Shown piece by piece: positions 1-7,122 of a stretch of DNA of 10,405 bases (within the stretch, counting starts at the first letter, position 1; each line of letters opens with the position of its first letter). Position numbers and translations under genes: made by a program. The stretch is from NCBI GenBank assembly GCA_031366795.1, contig JANLOX010000199.1, positions 1-10,405 on the forward strand, written 5' to 3'. The notes under the pieces were generated by a model, which saw only the letters and a list, made by a program, of their open reading frames with translations, had not been told where the DNA came from and ran no database searches. The stretch is from Candidatus Eiseniibacteriota bacterium (GTDB lineage: Bacteria > Eisenbacteria > RBG-16-71-46).

Positions 1-200
1 GGGATCTCGACGTAGCCCTTGCTGGAGATCTCGCCCGCCACGACGGCGAGCCCGGTGGTCACCAGCGTCTCGCAGGCGACGCGGCTGTACTTGTCCTGCG
101 CGATCAGCGCGTCGAGGACGGAATCGGAAATCTGGTCCGCAATCTTGTCGGGATGTCCTTCGGTGACGGACTCCGACGTGAACAAATGACGTTCAGCCAT
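1..200 (-). CDS. metK: S-adenosylmethionine synthetase (methionine adenosyltransferase), 5' part, runs off the window start
   Basis: Not in the ORF track. Manual translation from ATG at 200 gives [66 protein letters not shown], with the diagnostic FTSESVxEGHPDKxADQISD and RVACET motifs. SD-like GAGGA lies 6 nt upstream. Confidence 0.98.
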   Translation of the reverse strand, partial: MAERHLFTSESVTEGHPDKIADQISDSVLDALIAQDKYSRVACETLVTTGLAVVAGEISSKGYVEI

Positions 201-246
201 GAACGGTCCTCGCTGGATGCCGAGGCCGTTTCAAGACCTCAGCGGA
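201..246 (-). promoter_or_regulatory. Structured metK leader with alternative SD-sequestering and SD-exposing hairpins (candidate translational switch)
   Basis: Hairpin A: GCUGAGGUC (243-235) pairs with GGCCUCGGC (227-219). Hairpin B: AACGG-CCUCG (230-221) pairs with CGAGG-A-CCGUU (212-202) and covers the SD. Both use nt 227-221. Folded by eye. Confidence 0.45.
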
Positions 247-1326
247 TCATGCGGGTTTACCCGCGCGCGCCCCCCACCACTCGGCCAGGCGGCGTTTGAA
301 CTCATCGAGCGACTGGATCGGTGTGGGATCGACACCGTTCGCGATCGCCAGGTAAAAACTCACGTAGTCCCCCAACATCACCAGACTGGCGAGCCGGGCC
401 AGTGGCCCGCCCGATGGAGCCTCCGGTTCAAACACCGGCACTCCCTGGCGACGCAGGTATTCGGCCGTCAGCACGAGCCGTGCTTCATGAGCCGGCGGCT
501 CGAGCCCGTCGCGCAACAACACGGCCGCTGCGCGTGATGCAATGTTGCCCGAATGCTCCCACCCCACGACTTCGTTGTGGTTGAGTTCGGGCACGACGGT
601 CGAATGGGCCAGCAGCTTAGCATTTTCGTTGATTTGATTCCTCCACCGGGTCACCAGCGGCTCGAGCCGCTGCCCGGCGTGCAGGAAGACGATGTGCTCG
701 CTCAAGGCGCGGGCCAGCACCTTGGCGGGATTGTCCGGCTCAGGGCGGTGCAATCCCCATGCGCTCGCGCACGATTCCAGCGCAGTCGCCACTTCGCGCC
801 ACTCGGCCGTCGGGTCGTCAACCCAGCCCAGTGCGGCCACGAATCGCGACATCGCCACCCATGACGCATAGGTTGCCGCGCGCGGCGGCATGTTGCCCGG
901 CAGCCCGCGGCACTCGACGCCCGCCTGGACGCTGAGCTCGCCGAGCTGGCCGCCCGTCGTCAACGCGCGCCACGGAATGCCGCGCGCCACGGCCTCGCGC
1001 GCCAGCGATAGCGTCTCCTCGGTGTTGCCCGAATAGGACGACAGCAGCGCGAACGACTGGGAGGTCACGCAGGCCGGGAACTGGTAGTCGCGCACCACCA
1101 GCAGCGGGTGCGGCAAGCGCGCGCGATAGTGCGCCGAGGTCAGCTCGGCCGCGATCGCCGAGCCGCCCATGGCGCCGACGGCGAGCAGGTCGGGCGGGTT
1201 CTGCACCTTTGACCACTGCGGAATCGCATCGAGTGCCGCACGGATCTGCTGCGGCGCCGACTCGATGAGCTGTCCCATGCCCGAGCAGTCCAGATCGTGA
1301 AACGGCGGCTCGAGCGAGACGCTCAC
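247..1326 (-). CDS. Bifunctional phosphoglucose/phosphomannose isomerase (PGI/PMI family, two SIS domains)
   Basis: 359 aa with MGGSAIAAE and SYSGNTEET sugar-phosphate-binding motifs, PPRAA, RWRNQINENAK, PELNHNE and C-terminal DPTPIxxLDEFK, typical of the PGI/PMI family. GTG start overlaps the ptsI stop (GTGA, 1323-1326). Confidence 0.9.
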   Translation of the reverse strand: MSVSLEPPFHDLDCSGMGQLIESAPQQIRAALDAIPQWSKVQNPPDLLAVGAMGGSAIAAELTSAHYRARLPHPLLVVRDYQFPACVTSQSFALLSSYSGNTEETLSLAREAVARGIPWRALTTGGQLGELSVQAGVECRGLPGNMPPRAATYASWVAMSRFVAALGWVDDPTAEWREVATALESCASAWGLHRPEPDNPAKVLARALSEHIVFLHAGQRLEPLVTRWRNQINENAKLLAHSTVVPELNHNEVVGWEHSGNIASRAAAVLLRDGLEPPAHEARLVLTAEYLRRQGVPVFEPEAPSGGPLARLASLVMLGDYVSFYLAIANGVDPTPIQSLDEFKRRLAEWWGARAGKPA

Positions 1327-3080
1327 GGTTCACTCCGCGTGGCCAGCAGGAACGCGGGCAACAACGGCTCGACGTGCGTCTGCATCAGCTCGCGCACCGC
1401 GCGCGCCGAGGACATCGCCAGTGCCTGCTGTGCAATCACCGCCAATTCGGCGCGCGAGATCGCGCGGATTGCGGCCTTGGCGCGCGGCAGGTCGTAGTTC
1501 GACATGCTCAGCTCGTCGATCCCAAGGCCGACGAGCAGCACGGCATTGCGCGGATCACCGGCCATCTCGCCGCAGATTCCCACCCAGCAGCCGGCGGCGT
1601 GCCCCGCCTGGACGGTGTGGTGGATGCTGCGCAGCACTGCCGGGTCGAGCGGTTCGTACAGATGCGCGAGCCGCGGGTTGTCGCGGTCGATGGCGAGCGT
1701 GTACTGCGTCAGGTCGTTCGAGCCGATCGACAGGAACTTCACGTGGCGCGCGAGCGCGTCGGCCATCCACACCGAACTCGGCGTCTCGATCATCACGCCC
1801 ATCTCAATGTCGCGATCGTGGGCAATCCCCAGACGCGTGAGATCCGCCTCGACTTCGCGGCACAGGTCGATGGCGCGCAACAATTCGTCCTCGCTCGACA
1901 CCATGGGGAACATGATGCGCACGCGGCCATGAGCGCTGGCGCGGTAGATCGCGCGAATTTGGGTGCGGAACATATCAGGGTGGTTGAGCGCGAAGCGGAT
2001 GCCGCGCCAGCCGAGGAATGGATTGGTCTCGCGGGTGGTGCCCAGGTACGACGCCACCTTGTCTCCCCCCAAGTCCATGGTACGGAAGATGACCGGCTTG
2101 GGCGCCAGGCACTCGGCCACACTGCGATAGGCCGTGTACTGGTCATCCTCGGTGGGCAGCTCGAGCCGGTTCATGTAGAAGAACTCGGTGCGGAACAGCC
2201 CGATGCCATCGGCGCCCGAGTGAAGCACGACCTCGGCTTCGGTCGGCAGCTCGATGTTGGCGCCCAGCTCGATGCGGTGACCATCGCGGGTGGTCGCGGG
2301 CTCGTGCTGCACCGCTCGCAGTTCGCCGAGTGCTTCGTCCAGCCGCCGCCGGCGCGCCTCGTACGCTTCGACGACCATCGCATCGGGATTCAGCTCGACG
2401 CGGCCCGTCTCGCCATCCACCGCGGCGAGCTCGCCGGACTTCACGCTCTGCATCGCTCCGCGCACGCTGACCACCGCGGGGATGCCGCGGCCGCGCGCCA
2501 CGATCGCGCTGTGCGAGGTACGCCCGCCGACTTCGGTCACGAACGCGATGACGCGGTCGCGCTTGAGCTGCGCCACTTCGCTCGGGCCCAGGTCATGCGC
2601 CACGAGAATGGAGGGCTCGGTGAGCGCAGACAGCGCGCGCGCCGAGCCGCCGAGCAGGTGGCGCAGCACGCGGCGCTCGATGTCGATCAAGTCGGCGCGC
2701 CGCTCGCGCAACGTCTCATCCTCGACGGACTCGAGATGGGCCGCGACCTGGCCGATACGGCTGCGGAACGCCACCGCGGCATTGCGGTGATCCCGGCGCA
2801 CGCCGTCCTCGACGGCCCGCTTGAGCTCGGGATCGTCGAGCATCAGCAGGTGCGTATCGTAGATCCGCGCCTCTTCCTCGCCGAGTTCGTTGGCGATGCC
2901 GTCGCGGATCCGCTGCAGCTCGCTGCGCGATTGCTCAACCGCCTCGCGGTAGCGCGCCAGTTCGGCGTCCGCCTGGTCGGGCTCGACGCGGGACTCGCGC
3001 ACCGTGAACTCTTCACGCTCATAACGGAACACGGGGCCGATGCCGATGCCGGGCGAGGCGCCGATGCCGGTCAGCCTCAC
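1323..3080 (-). CDS. ptsI: PTS Enzyme I, phosphoenolpyruvate-protein phosphotransferase (about 585 aa, no N-terminal GAF domain)
   Basis: Motifs LTGIGASPGIGIG, GGRTSHSAI (phospho-His), GIGLFRTEF, RTMDLGGDK, NPFLGWRGIR, SIGSNDLTQY, CGEMAGD. Start placed at GTG 3080, overlapping the HPr stop; the upstream part of the 656-aa ORF overlaps HPr and is not EI-like. Confidence 0.97.
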   Translation of the reverse strand: MRLTGIGASPGIGIGPVFRYEREEFTVRESRVEPDQADAELARYREAVEQSRSELQRIRDGIANELGEEEARIYDTHLLMLDDPELKRAVEDGVRRDHRNAAVAFRSRIGQVAAHLESVEDETLRERRADLIDIERRVLRHLLGGSARALSALTEPSILVAHDLGPSEVAQLKRDRVIAFVTEVGGRTSHSAIVARGRGIPAVVSVRGAMQSVKSGELAAVDGETGRVELNPDAMVVEAYEARRRRLDEALGELRAVQHEPATTRDGHRIELGANIELPTEAEVVLHSGADGIGLFRTEFFYMNRLELPTEDDQYTAYRSVAECLAPKPVIFRTMDLGGDKVASYLGTTRETNPFLGWRGIRFALNHPDMFRTQIRAIYRASAHGRVRIMFPMVSSEDELLRAIDLCREVEADLTRLGIAHDRDIEMGVMIETPSSVWMADALARHVKFLSIGSNDLTQYTLAIDRDNPRLAHLYEPLDPAVLRSIHHTVQAGHAAGCWVGICGEMAGDPRNAVLLVGLGIDELSMSNYDLPRAKAAIRAISRAELAVIAQQALAMSSARAVRELMQTHVEPLLPAFLLATRSEP

Positions 3081-3346
3081 GGTTCGCCCCCGAACTTGCC
3101 GTCGACCAACTCTTGCAGCGCCGCCACGGCCTCCGTCTCGTCCGCGCCCTCGGCGCGCACGCGGATCGTCGAGCCTTCCTCGGCGGCCAGCATCATGACG
3201 CCCATGATGCTCTTGCCGTTCACCTCGAGATCGTCGCGCGCCACCCACACCTCGGCCTTGAAGCGCGACGACGCCTTCACGAACAACGCGCACGCCCGCG
3301 CGTGCAGCCCCAGTTGGTTGCGAATCAGCATGTCGGCCTGTGTCAC
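3077..3346 (-). CDS. ptsH: Phosphocarrier protein HPr
   Basis: 89 aa, GLHARA with His exactly at position 15 and NGKSIMG with Ser exactly at position 46. GTG start preceded by GGAGTGAGGAG SD. Confidence 0.97.
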   Translation of the reverse strand: MTQADMLIRNQLGLHARACALFVKASSRFKAEVWVARDDLEVNGKSIMGVMMLAAEEGSTIRVRAEGADETEAVAALQELVDGKFGGEP

Positions 3347-3371
3347 GCGCTCCTCACTCCACCACGAATGG

Positions 3372-4118
3372 TCACGTCCGAAACCCCACCAAAAGTGCCG
3401 AACCGCCTACCAGCAACGCCCACTCCGTCGGTGACGGCCGCGCCCGCGGCGCCACCATCAACCCCAGCGCCAATCCCGCGGCGAGCAGCAGCTGGAACCC
3501 CGGCGAACTCGGATTCCCGCCCGGCACCATGAGCGACGCCATGATCACACCGCAAACGAGCGCGCCGCCACGCCCGCAGAAACCCACCACCGATTCGAGC
3601 CGGGAGCGCAGCGGGCCTGAAGCGACCGCGGGCCCTGCGTTGTATCCCCAGCGCACACCCAGCAGCCGCACGCTCAGGTGCAGCGCATTGTAGATGAGCC
3701 ACATCGCGAGGGCACCCCACACCGAACCCAGCAGCGTGAGGACGATGCCGATGCAGGCGGCGAACGGGCGCAGGGTGAACCAGAACAACCGGTCCCCGAG
3801 TGCCGCGAGCGATGAGCCCAGCACACTCTTGACGCGCGCGATCGTGCCCGGGTCGGTTTCGCGGCCGAGCGAGCGCTCTTCCTCGAGCCGCGCGACGGCA
3901 CCCAGCGCCACCGATGCCAGCGTCGGCTGGGTGTTGAAGTAGGCCGTGTGCTCGGCGAGTCGCGCCGCCCGCTCCGCCTTGTCTGGGTAAAGCGCCTTGA
4001 GCGCCGGCGCAATCGCGTACGCCCAGCCGATGCCCTGTTGGCGCTCGTAATTCCACGTGGCTTGCAGCAACGCGGCACGCAATCCCATGCGGGCCAGAGT
4101 GCGGTTCTTGAGGGTCAC
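3372..4118 (-). CDS. PTS mannose/fructose/sorbose-family EIID membrane subunit (ManZ-like)
   Basis: Motifs LQATWNYERQQG, HTAYFNTQP and LAALGDRLFWFTLRP match the EIID-Man family; hydrophobic C-terminal half. GTG start 4 nt after the EIIC stop. Confidence 0.93.
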   Translation of the reverse strand: MTLKNRTLARMGLRAALLQATWNYERQQGIGWAYAIAPALKALYPDKAERAARLAEHTAYFNTQPTLASVALGAVARLEEERSLGRETDPGTIARVKSVLGSSLAALGDRLFWFTLRPFAACIGIVLTLLGSVWGALAMWLIYNALHLSVRLLGVRWGYNAGPAVASGPLRSRLESVVGFCGRGGALVCGVIMASLMVPGGNPSSPGFQLLLAAGLALGLMVAPRARPSPTEWALLVGGSALLVGFRT

Positions 4119-4122
4119 GCGG

Positions 4123-4827
4123 TCAACCTTTCACCAGCAGCAGGATCCAGCCGACCACGAGTCCAACTCCGAACAACGCCGCGCGCATGAAGCGCCGCTG
4201 GACGAACGCCGCCAGCAGCAGCGCGAGCCCCAGCCCCAGCCAGACGGGCTGCGCCAGTGTCCAGGCGCGCGCGATGTGCATCGAGTGATGCAGCACGAGC
4301 GACTTGAGCGGCCATGCGGCTAACCCCAAGAACGCGGCGCAGAACAAAATCGCGATTCCAAACGCCATCGCGATCCCGGCAATATTGGCCTTGCCCGGAG
4401 CAGCGAGGTCGCCCTCGCGCAGTGCCTGTTCGCACCAGTGGCTCAGTCCCTCATTGCGCCGCCGCTGCCACTTGATCAGCGGAACGCCCAGCGTGGCCGA
4501 GAGCAGCCCGACGATCACGCCGGCGAATGCGCTCGCCTCGTGCGCCATCGAGAACGGGATCGCCGTCGCCAGCAGGCCCGCGGTGCCGGCGCCCACGACA
4601 CCGCCGGTCGCGTAGTCCTCGGGGGTACGCGAGCCCACCGGCATGGTGCCGGCGGCGAACAGCTGCAGGACGACGCCGACCTTGAGCGCCAGCACCCACT
4701 GCCCCCACACCAGCCCTACGATCGAGGCGGTGATGAGCGGCTGGGACAGCAGCGTCTGCGCCACGGGCGTGGCATCCAGCATCGCCACTCCCGCCAGAGC
4801 CAAGGTCATGAGGATCTGCGGAATCAC
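4123..4827 (-). CDS. PTS mannose/fructose/sorbose-family EIIC membrane subunit (ManY-like, about 234 aa)
   Basis: QTLLSQPLITASIVGLVWG and GVVLQLFAAGTMPVGSRTPED match the EIIC-Man N-terminal pattern; multiple hydrophobic segments; lies between EIIB and EIID. Start most likely GTG 4827 (alternative ATG 4809). Confidence 0.88.
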   Translation of the reverse strand: MIPQILMTLALAGVAMLDATPVAQTLLSQPLITASIVGLVWGQWVLALKVGVVLQLFAAGTMPVGSRTPEDYATGGVVGAGTAGLLATAIPFSMAHEASAFAGVIVGLLSATLGVPLIKWQRRRNEGLSHWCEQALREGDLAAPGKANIAGIAMAFGIAILFCAAFLGLAAWPLKSLVLHHSMHIARAWTLAQPVWLGLGLALLLAAFVQRRFMRAALFGVGLVVGWILLLVKG

Positions 4828-4849
4828 GCGGGCGCACTCGTTCTGGGGG

Positions 4850-5338
4850 TCATGGGCGGGCGCACTGCGGGTCCAGCTCGTCCAGCGACACGGCCTTCGC
4901 CGCGGGGACGTCCTGCACGCGCAACTCCACTTGCCGTGAGCGCAGGGCTCGCGCGGCCGCCCGGTCGGCTTCATTCAGGTAGATGTACTCGCTGACCTTG
5001 TCCTTGCCCGGCGCGTAGTGCAGGCCGCCGAGATTGAGGCTGTTGATCGCCGCGCCCGCTTCCACGAGCCGCAGGGCGGTCTGGAGGTCGCGCACCAGCA
5101 GGAAGGCCCCTCCCGCGGCGTCGCGCTCGGCGAGCCAGTGTTCCGCCGCCTCGGCCACGCTCACCACACGCACCACGACGTCGGGCGCTGAGGATTCGAG
5201 CAGCTCGCGCTCCCATTCGCTGGCCGCGACGGCGTCATCGACGACCCAGATGCGCTGGGGACCCAGGCGGTTTCCCCATGCCACGACGACCTGTCCGTGA
5301 ATGAGCCGGTCGTCGACACGATGCAGCAGCCAGCTCAT
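4850..5338 (-). CDS. PTS mannose/fructose/sorbose-family EIIB subunit
   Basis: RVDDRLIHGQVVVAW signature with phospho-His, and LNLGGLH. ATGA overlap with the EIIA stop (5335-5338). Confidence 0.96.
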   Translation of the reverse strand: MSWLLHRVDDRLIHGQVVVAWGNRLGPQRIWVVDDAVAASEWERELLESSAPDVVVRVVSVAEAAEHWLAERDAAGGAFLLVRDLQTALRLVEAGAAINSLNLGGLHYAPGKDKVSEYIYLNEADRAAARALRSRQVELRVQDVPAAKAVSLDELDPQCARP

Positions 5339-5730
5339 GCCGGGCTCCGCTGCACGCGGATGCTGTCCTGCCCCTTCTTCTGGAGGCGCTCGGCCAGCGC
5401 GCCGGGTTCGTACTGGTCGCGGTTATGGAGGTAGTCGAGGAGGATCGGCAGGTTGAGCCCGCTGACGACCGCGACCTCGGTGCGGCCGCGCGTGGCGCTG
5501 ACGCCGCAGAGGTGGCACGAGCCGCCCCAGAAATCGGTCAGCACCAGTCCACCCGAAGTCCACAGCGCGACGCGTTCGTCGATCGCGCCTTCGAGCGCGT
5601 CGCGTGACAGGCCCTCGTTCGACAGCACGTCGACACCCTCGACCTGTCCGTACACCTTCTCCGCCGTGCGCAGCAGGGCCGCAGACAGGTCGGCGTGCAT
5701 GACGAGCAACGCTGGCACGCGCGGGTTCAT
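5335..5730 (-). CDS. PTS mannose/fructose-family EIIA subunit
   Basis: 131 aa: N-terminal hydrophobic strand ending in His (LLVMH), LVLTDFWGGS (DxxGGS motif), VVSGLNLPILL (GxNLP motif). ATGA overlap with the hprK stop (5727-5730). Confidence 0.9.
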   Translation of the reverse strand: MNPRVPALLVMHADLSAALLRTAEKVYGQVEGVDVLSNEGLSRDALEGAIDERVALWTSGGLVLTDFWGGSCHLCGVSATRGRTEVAVVSGLNLPILLDYLHNRDQYEPGALAERLQKKGQDSIRVQRSPA

Positions 5731-6698
5731 TCGGTGTCCTCGCGCACCCAGCTGCGGGCGGCACTCTTGCGCTTCATCAATTCCATCATGTGCTTGTTGA
5801 GCCGCTCGGCCGGCGAGTAGCCGCCCGTGACCTTGACCAGGTAATTGAGCGCGATCACTTCCGCGATCACCGTGATGTTCTTGCCCGGAGTGATTGGCAC
5901 CTGAACGTAGGGGACCTCGAGCCCGAGGATCTCGATCTTCTTCTCGTCGAGACCCACGCGTTCGATTTCGAGGTCATTCGTCCACGTCTCGAGATTGACC
6001 TGCACCTCGACGCGCTTCTGCAAGCGGATGGCGCGGATGCCGAAGATCGACTGCACGTCGATGATGCCCAGACCCCGGATCTCCATGTGGTGGCGGAGCA
6101 ACTGGTTCCCCGTGCCGATCAACACATCACCATGGCGCTTCGTGACGGTGACGACATCATCGGCGACCAGCCGGTGGCCACGCTCCACGAGATCGAGCGC
6201 GCATTCCGACTTGCCGATGCCGCTGGCCCCCGTGAACAGAAGTCCCACGCCGTAAACGTCGACGAGCGAGCCGTGGACCGTCGTCTGCGCCGCGAACATG
6301 TGATCGAGGTACAACGTCAGGTGATGGATGAACGGCGTCGTGCTCTGCGGCGTGCGCAACACCGGCACCTGGCACTCGTTGGCGCGCTCGATCAAGCGCG
6401 CCGGCGCCTCGAGTCCCTTGCACACGACGATCAACGGCAGGTCGAAGTTGAACAACCGGTTGATCGCCTCGTGCGCCCGCTCCTGCGACAAGGTCGCGAG
6501 GTAGGCGAGCTCGGTCTGCGCGAGAATCTGGATGCGCTCGGGCAGGAAGTTGTCGAGGAAACCCATCAACGCCATGCCCGGGCGGTTGACGTCGCTCAGC
6601 GCGATCTCGCGCTTGGACGCGAGCGACACCGTGAGCTGCTCGAGCTGGAGCTCTTCGCGCTGGTCCTCGAACAACCTGGCGATGCTGACGGACTTCAC
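5727..6698 (-). CDS. hprK: HPr(Ser) kinase/phosphorylase, full-length form (about 323 aa)
   Basis: NRPGMAL and ERIQIL in the N-domain, HGSLVDVYGVGLL, Walker A GASGIGKSE, LVADD, MEIRGLGII signature, PGKN. Start placed at GTG 6698, 7 nt after the hpf stop, with GGAGAGGG upstream. Confidence 0.96.
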   Translation of the reverse strand: MKSVSIARLFEDQREELQLEQLTVSLASKREIALSDVNRPGMALMGFLDNFLPERIQILAQTELAYLATLSQERAHEAINRLFNFDLPLIVVCKGLEAPARLIERANECQVPVLRTPQSTTPFIHHLTLYLDHMFAAQTTVHGSLVDVYGVGLLFTGASGIGKSECALDLVERGHRLVADDVVTVTKRHGDVLIGTGNQLLRHHMEIRGLGIIDVQSIFGIRAIRLQKRVEVQVNLETWTNDLEIERVGLDEKKIEILGLEVPYVQVPITPGKNITVIAEVIALNYLVKVTGGYSPAERLNKHMMELMKRKSAARSWVREDTE

Positions 6699-6705
6699 GT
6701 GGTAC

Positions 6706-7083
6706 TCAACCCTCTCCGCCCGCGGCGGCTTCGGCCTCGTCGTCGTCCGCGGATTCCGCCTGCGGGAACTCGATGCCCTGAGCACCCGGGGCGCGCTTAT
6801 GATCGACGCGCTTGTCGTGAATGCGACGCAATTGCGCCTCGACGCGGTCCGACACGCGATCGATGGCGAGCCGCGGGTCGGTGGCTTCCTCGCGCACGGC
6901 CAGTTCGCGCTGCTTCAGGCGGAGCGTGGCCTCGGCGGTGTAGCGGTAGTTCTCGGCGGTGATGACCAGATGGACCTCGTGGAGATCCGGTGCGAAGCGG
7001 CGGAATTTCTCGAGGCGCATGTGCGCGAATGCGCGATCGTCCTGCGACAATTCGAAGTGCCGTGCCGTGGTGTTGATGTGCAT
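6706..7083 (-). CDS. hpf: Ribosome hibernation promoting factor (HPF/RaiA family) with acidic C-terminal tail
   Basis: MHINTTARHFELS N-terminus and DPRLAIDRVSDRVEAQLRRIHDK helix typical of HPF/YfiA; canonical position directly after rpoN; SD GAGGGA upstream. Confidence 0.92.
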   Translation of the reverse strand: MHINTTARHFELSQDDRAFAHMRLEKFRRFAPDLHEVHLVITAENYRYTAEATLRLKQRELAVREEATDPRLAIDRVSDRVEAQLRRIHDKRVDHKRAPGAQGIEFPQAESADDDEAEAAAGGEG

Positions 7084-7122
7084 GTCATCCCTCGCACTTC
7101 AGACAACGAGATGTGGGACCCG

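Noticed and set aside
201..246. Assignment of the metK leader to a known SAM riboswitch class
   Set aside because: Too short for SAM-I/IV, and the conserved cores of the small classes are not recognisable by eye; kept only as an unclassified candidate.
3081..3293. N-terminal extension of the 656-aa ptsI ORF
   Set aside because: Arg/Gly-rich out-of-frame read of ptsH; EI similarity begins at GTG 3080. It is not a GAF domain, so this is not EI-Ntr.
1374..3434. 686-aa plus-strand ORF
   Set aside because: Antisense shadow of ptsI/ptsH; no recognisable motifs; long stop-free antisense frames are expected from high-GC codon bias.
4828..4974. N-terminal extension of the 283-aa EIIC ORF
   Set aside because: Overlaps EIIB in another frame and is not EIIC-like; the hydrophobic sequence starts at 4827.
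6699..6785. N-terminal extension of the 352-aa hprK ORF
   Set aside because: Overlaps the hpf tail; a GTG with upstream purine tract at 6698 gives a normal-length HprK.
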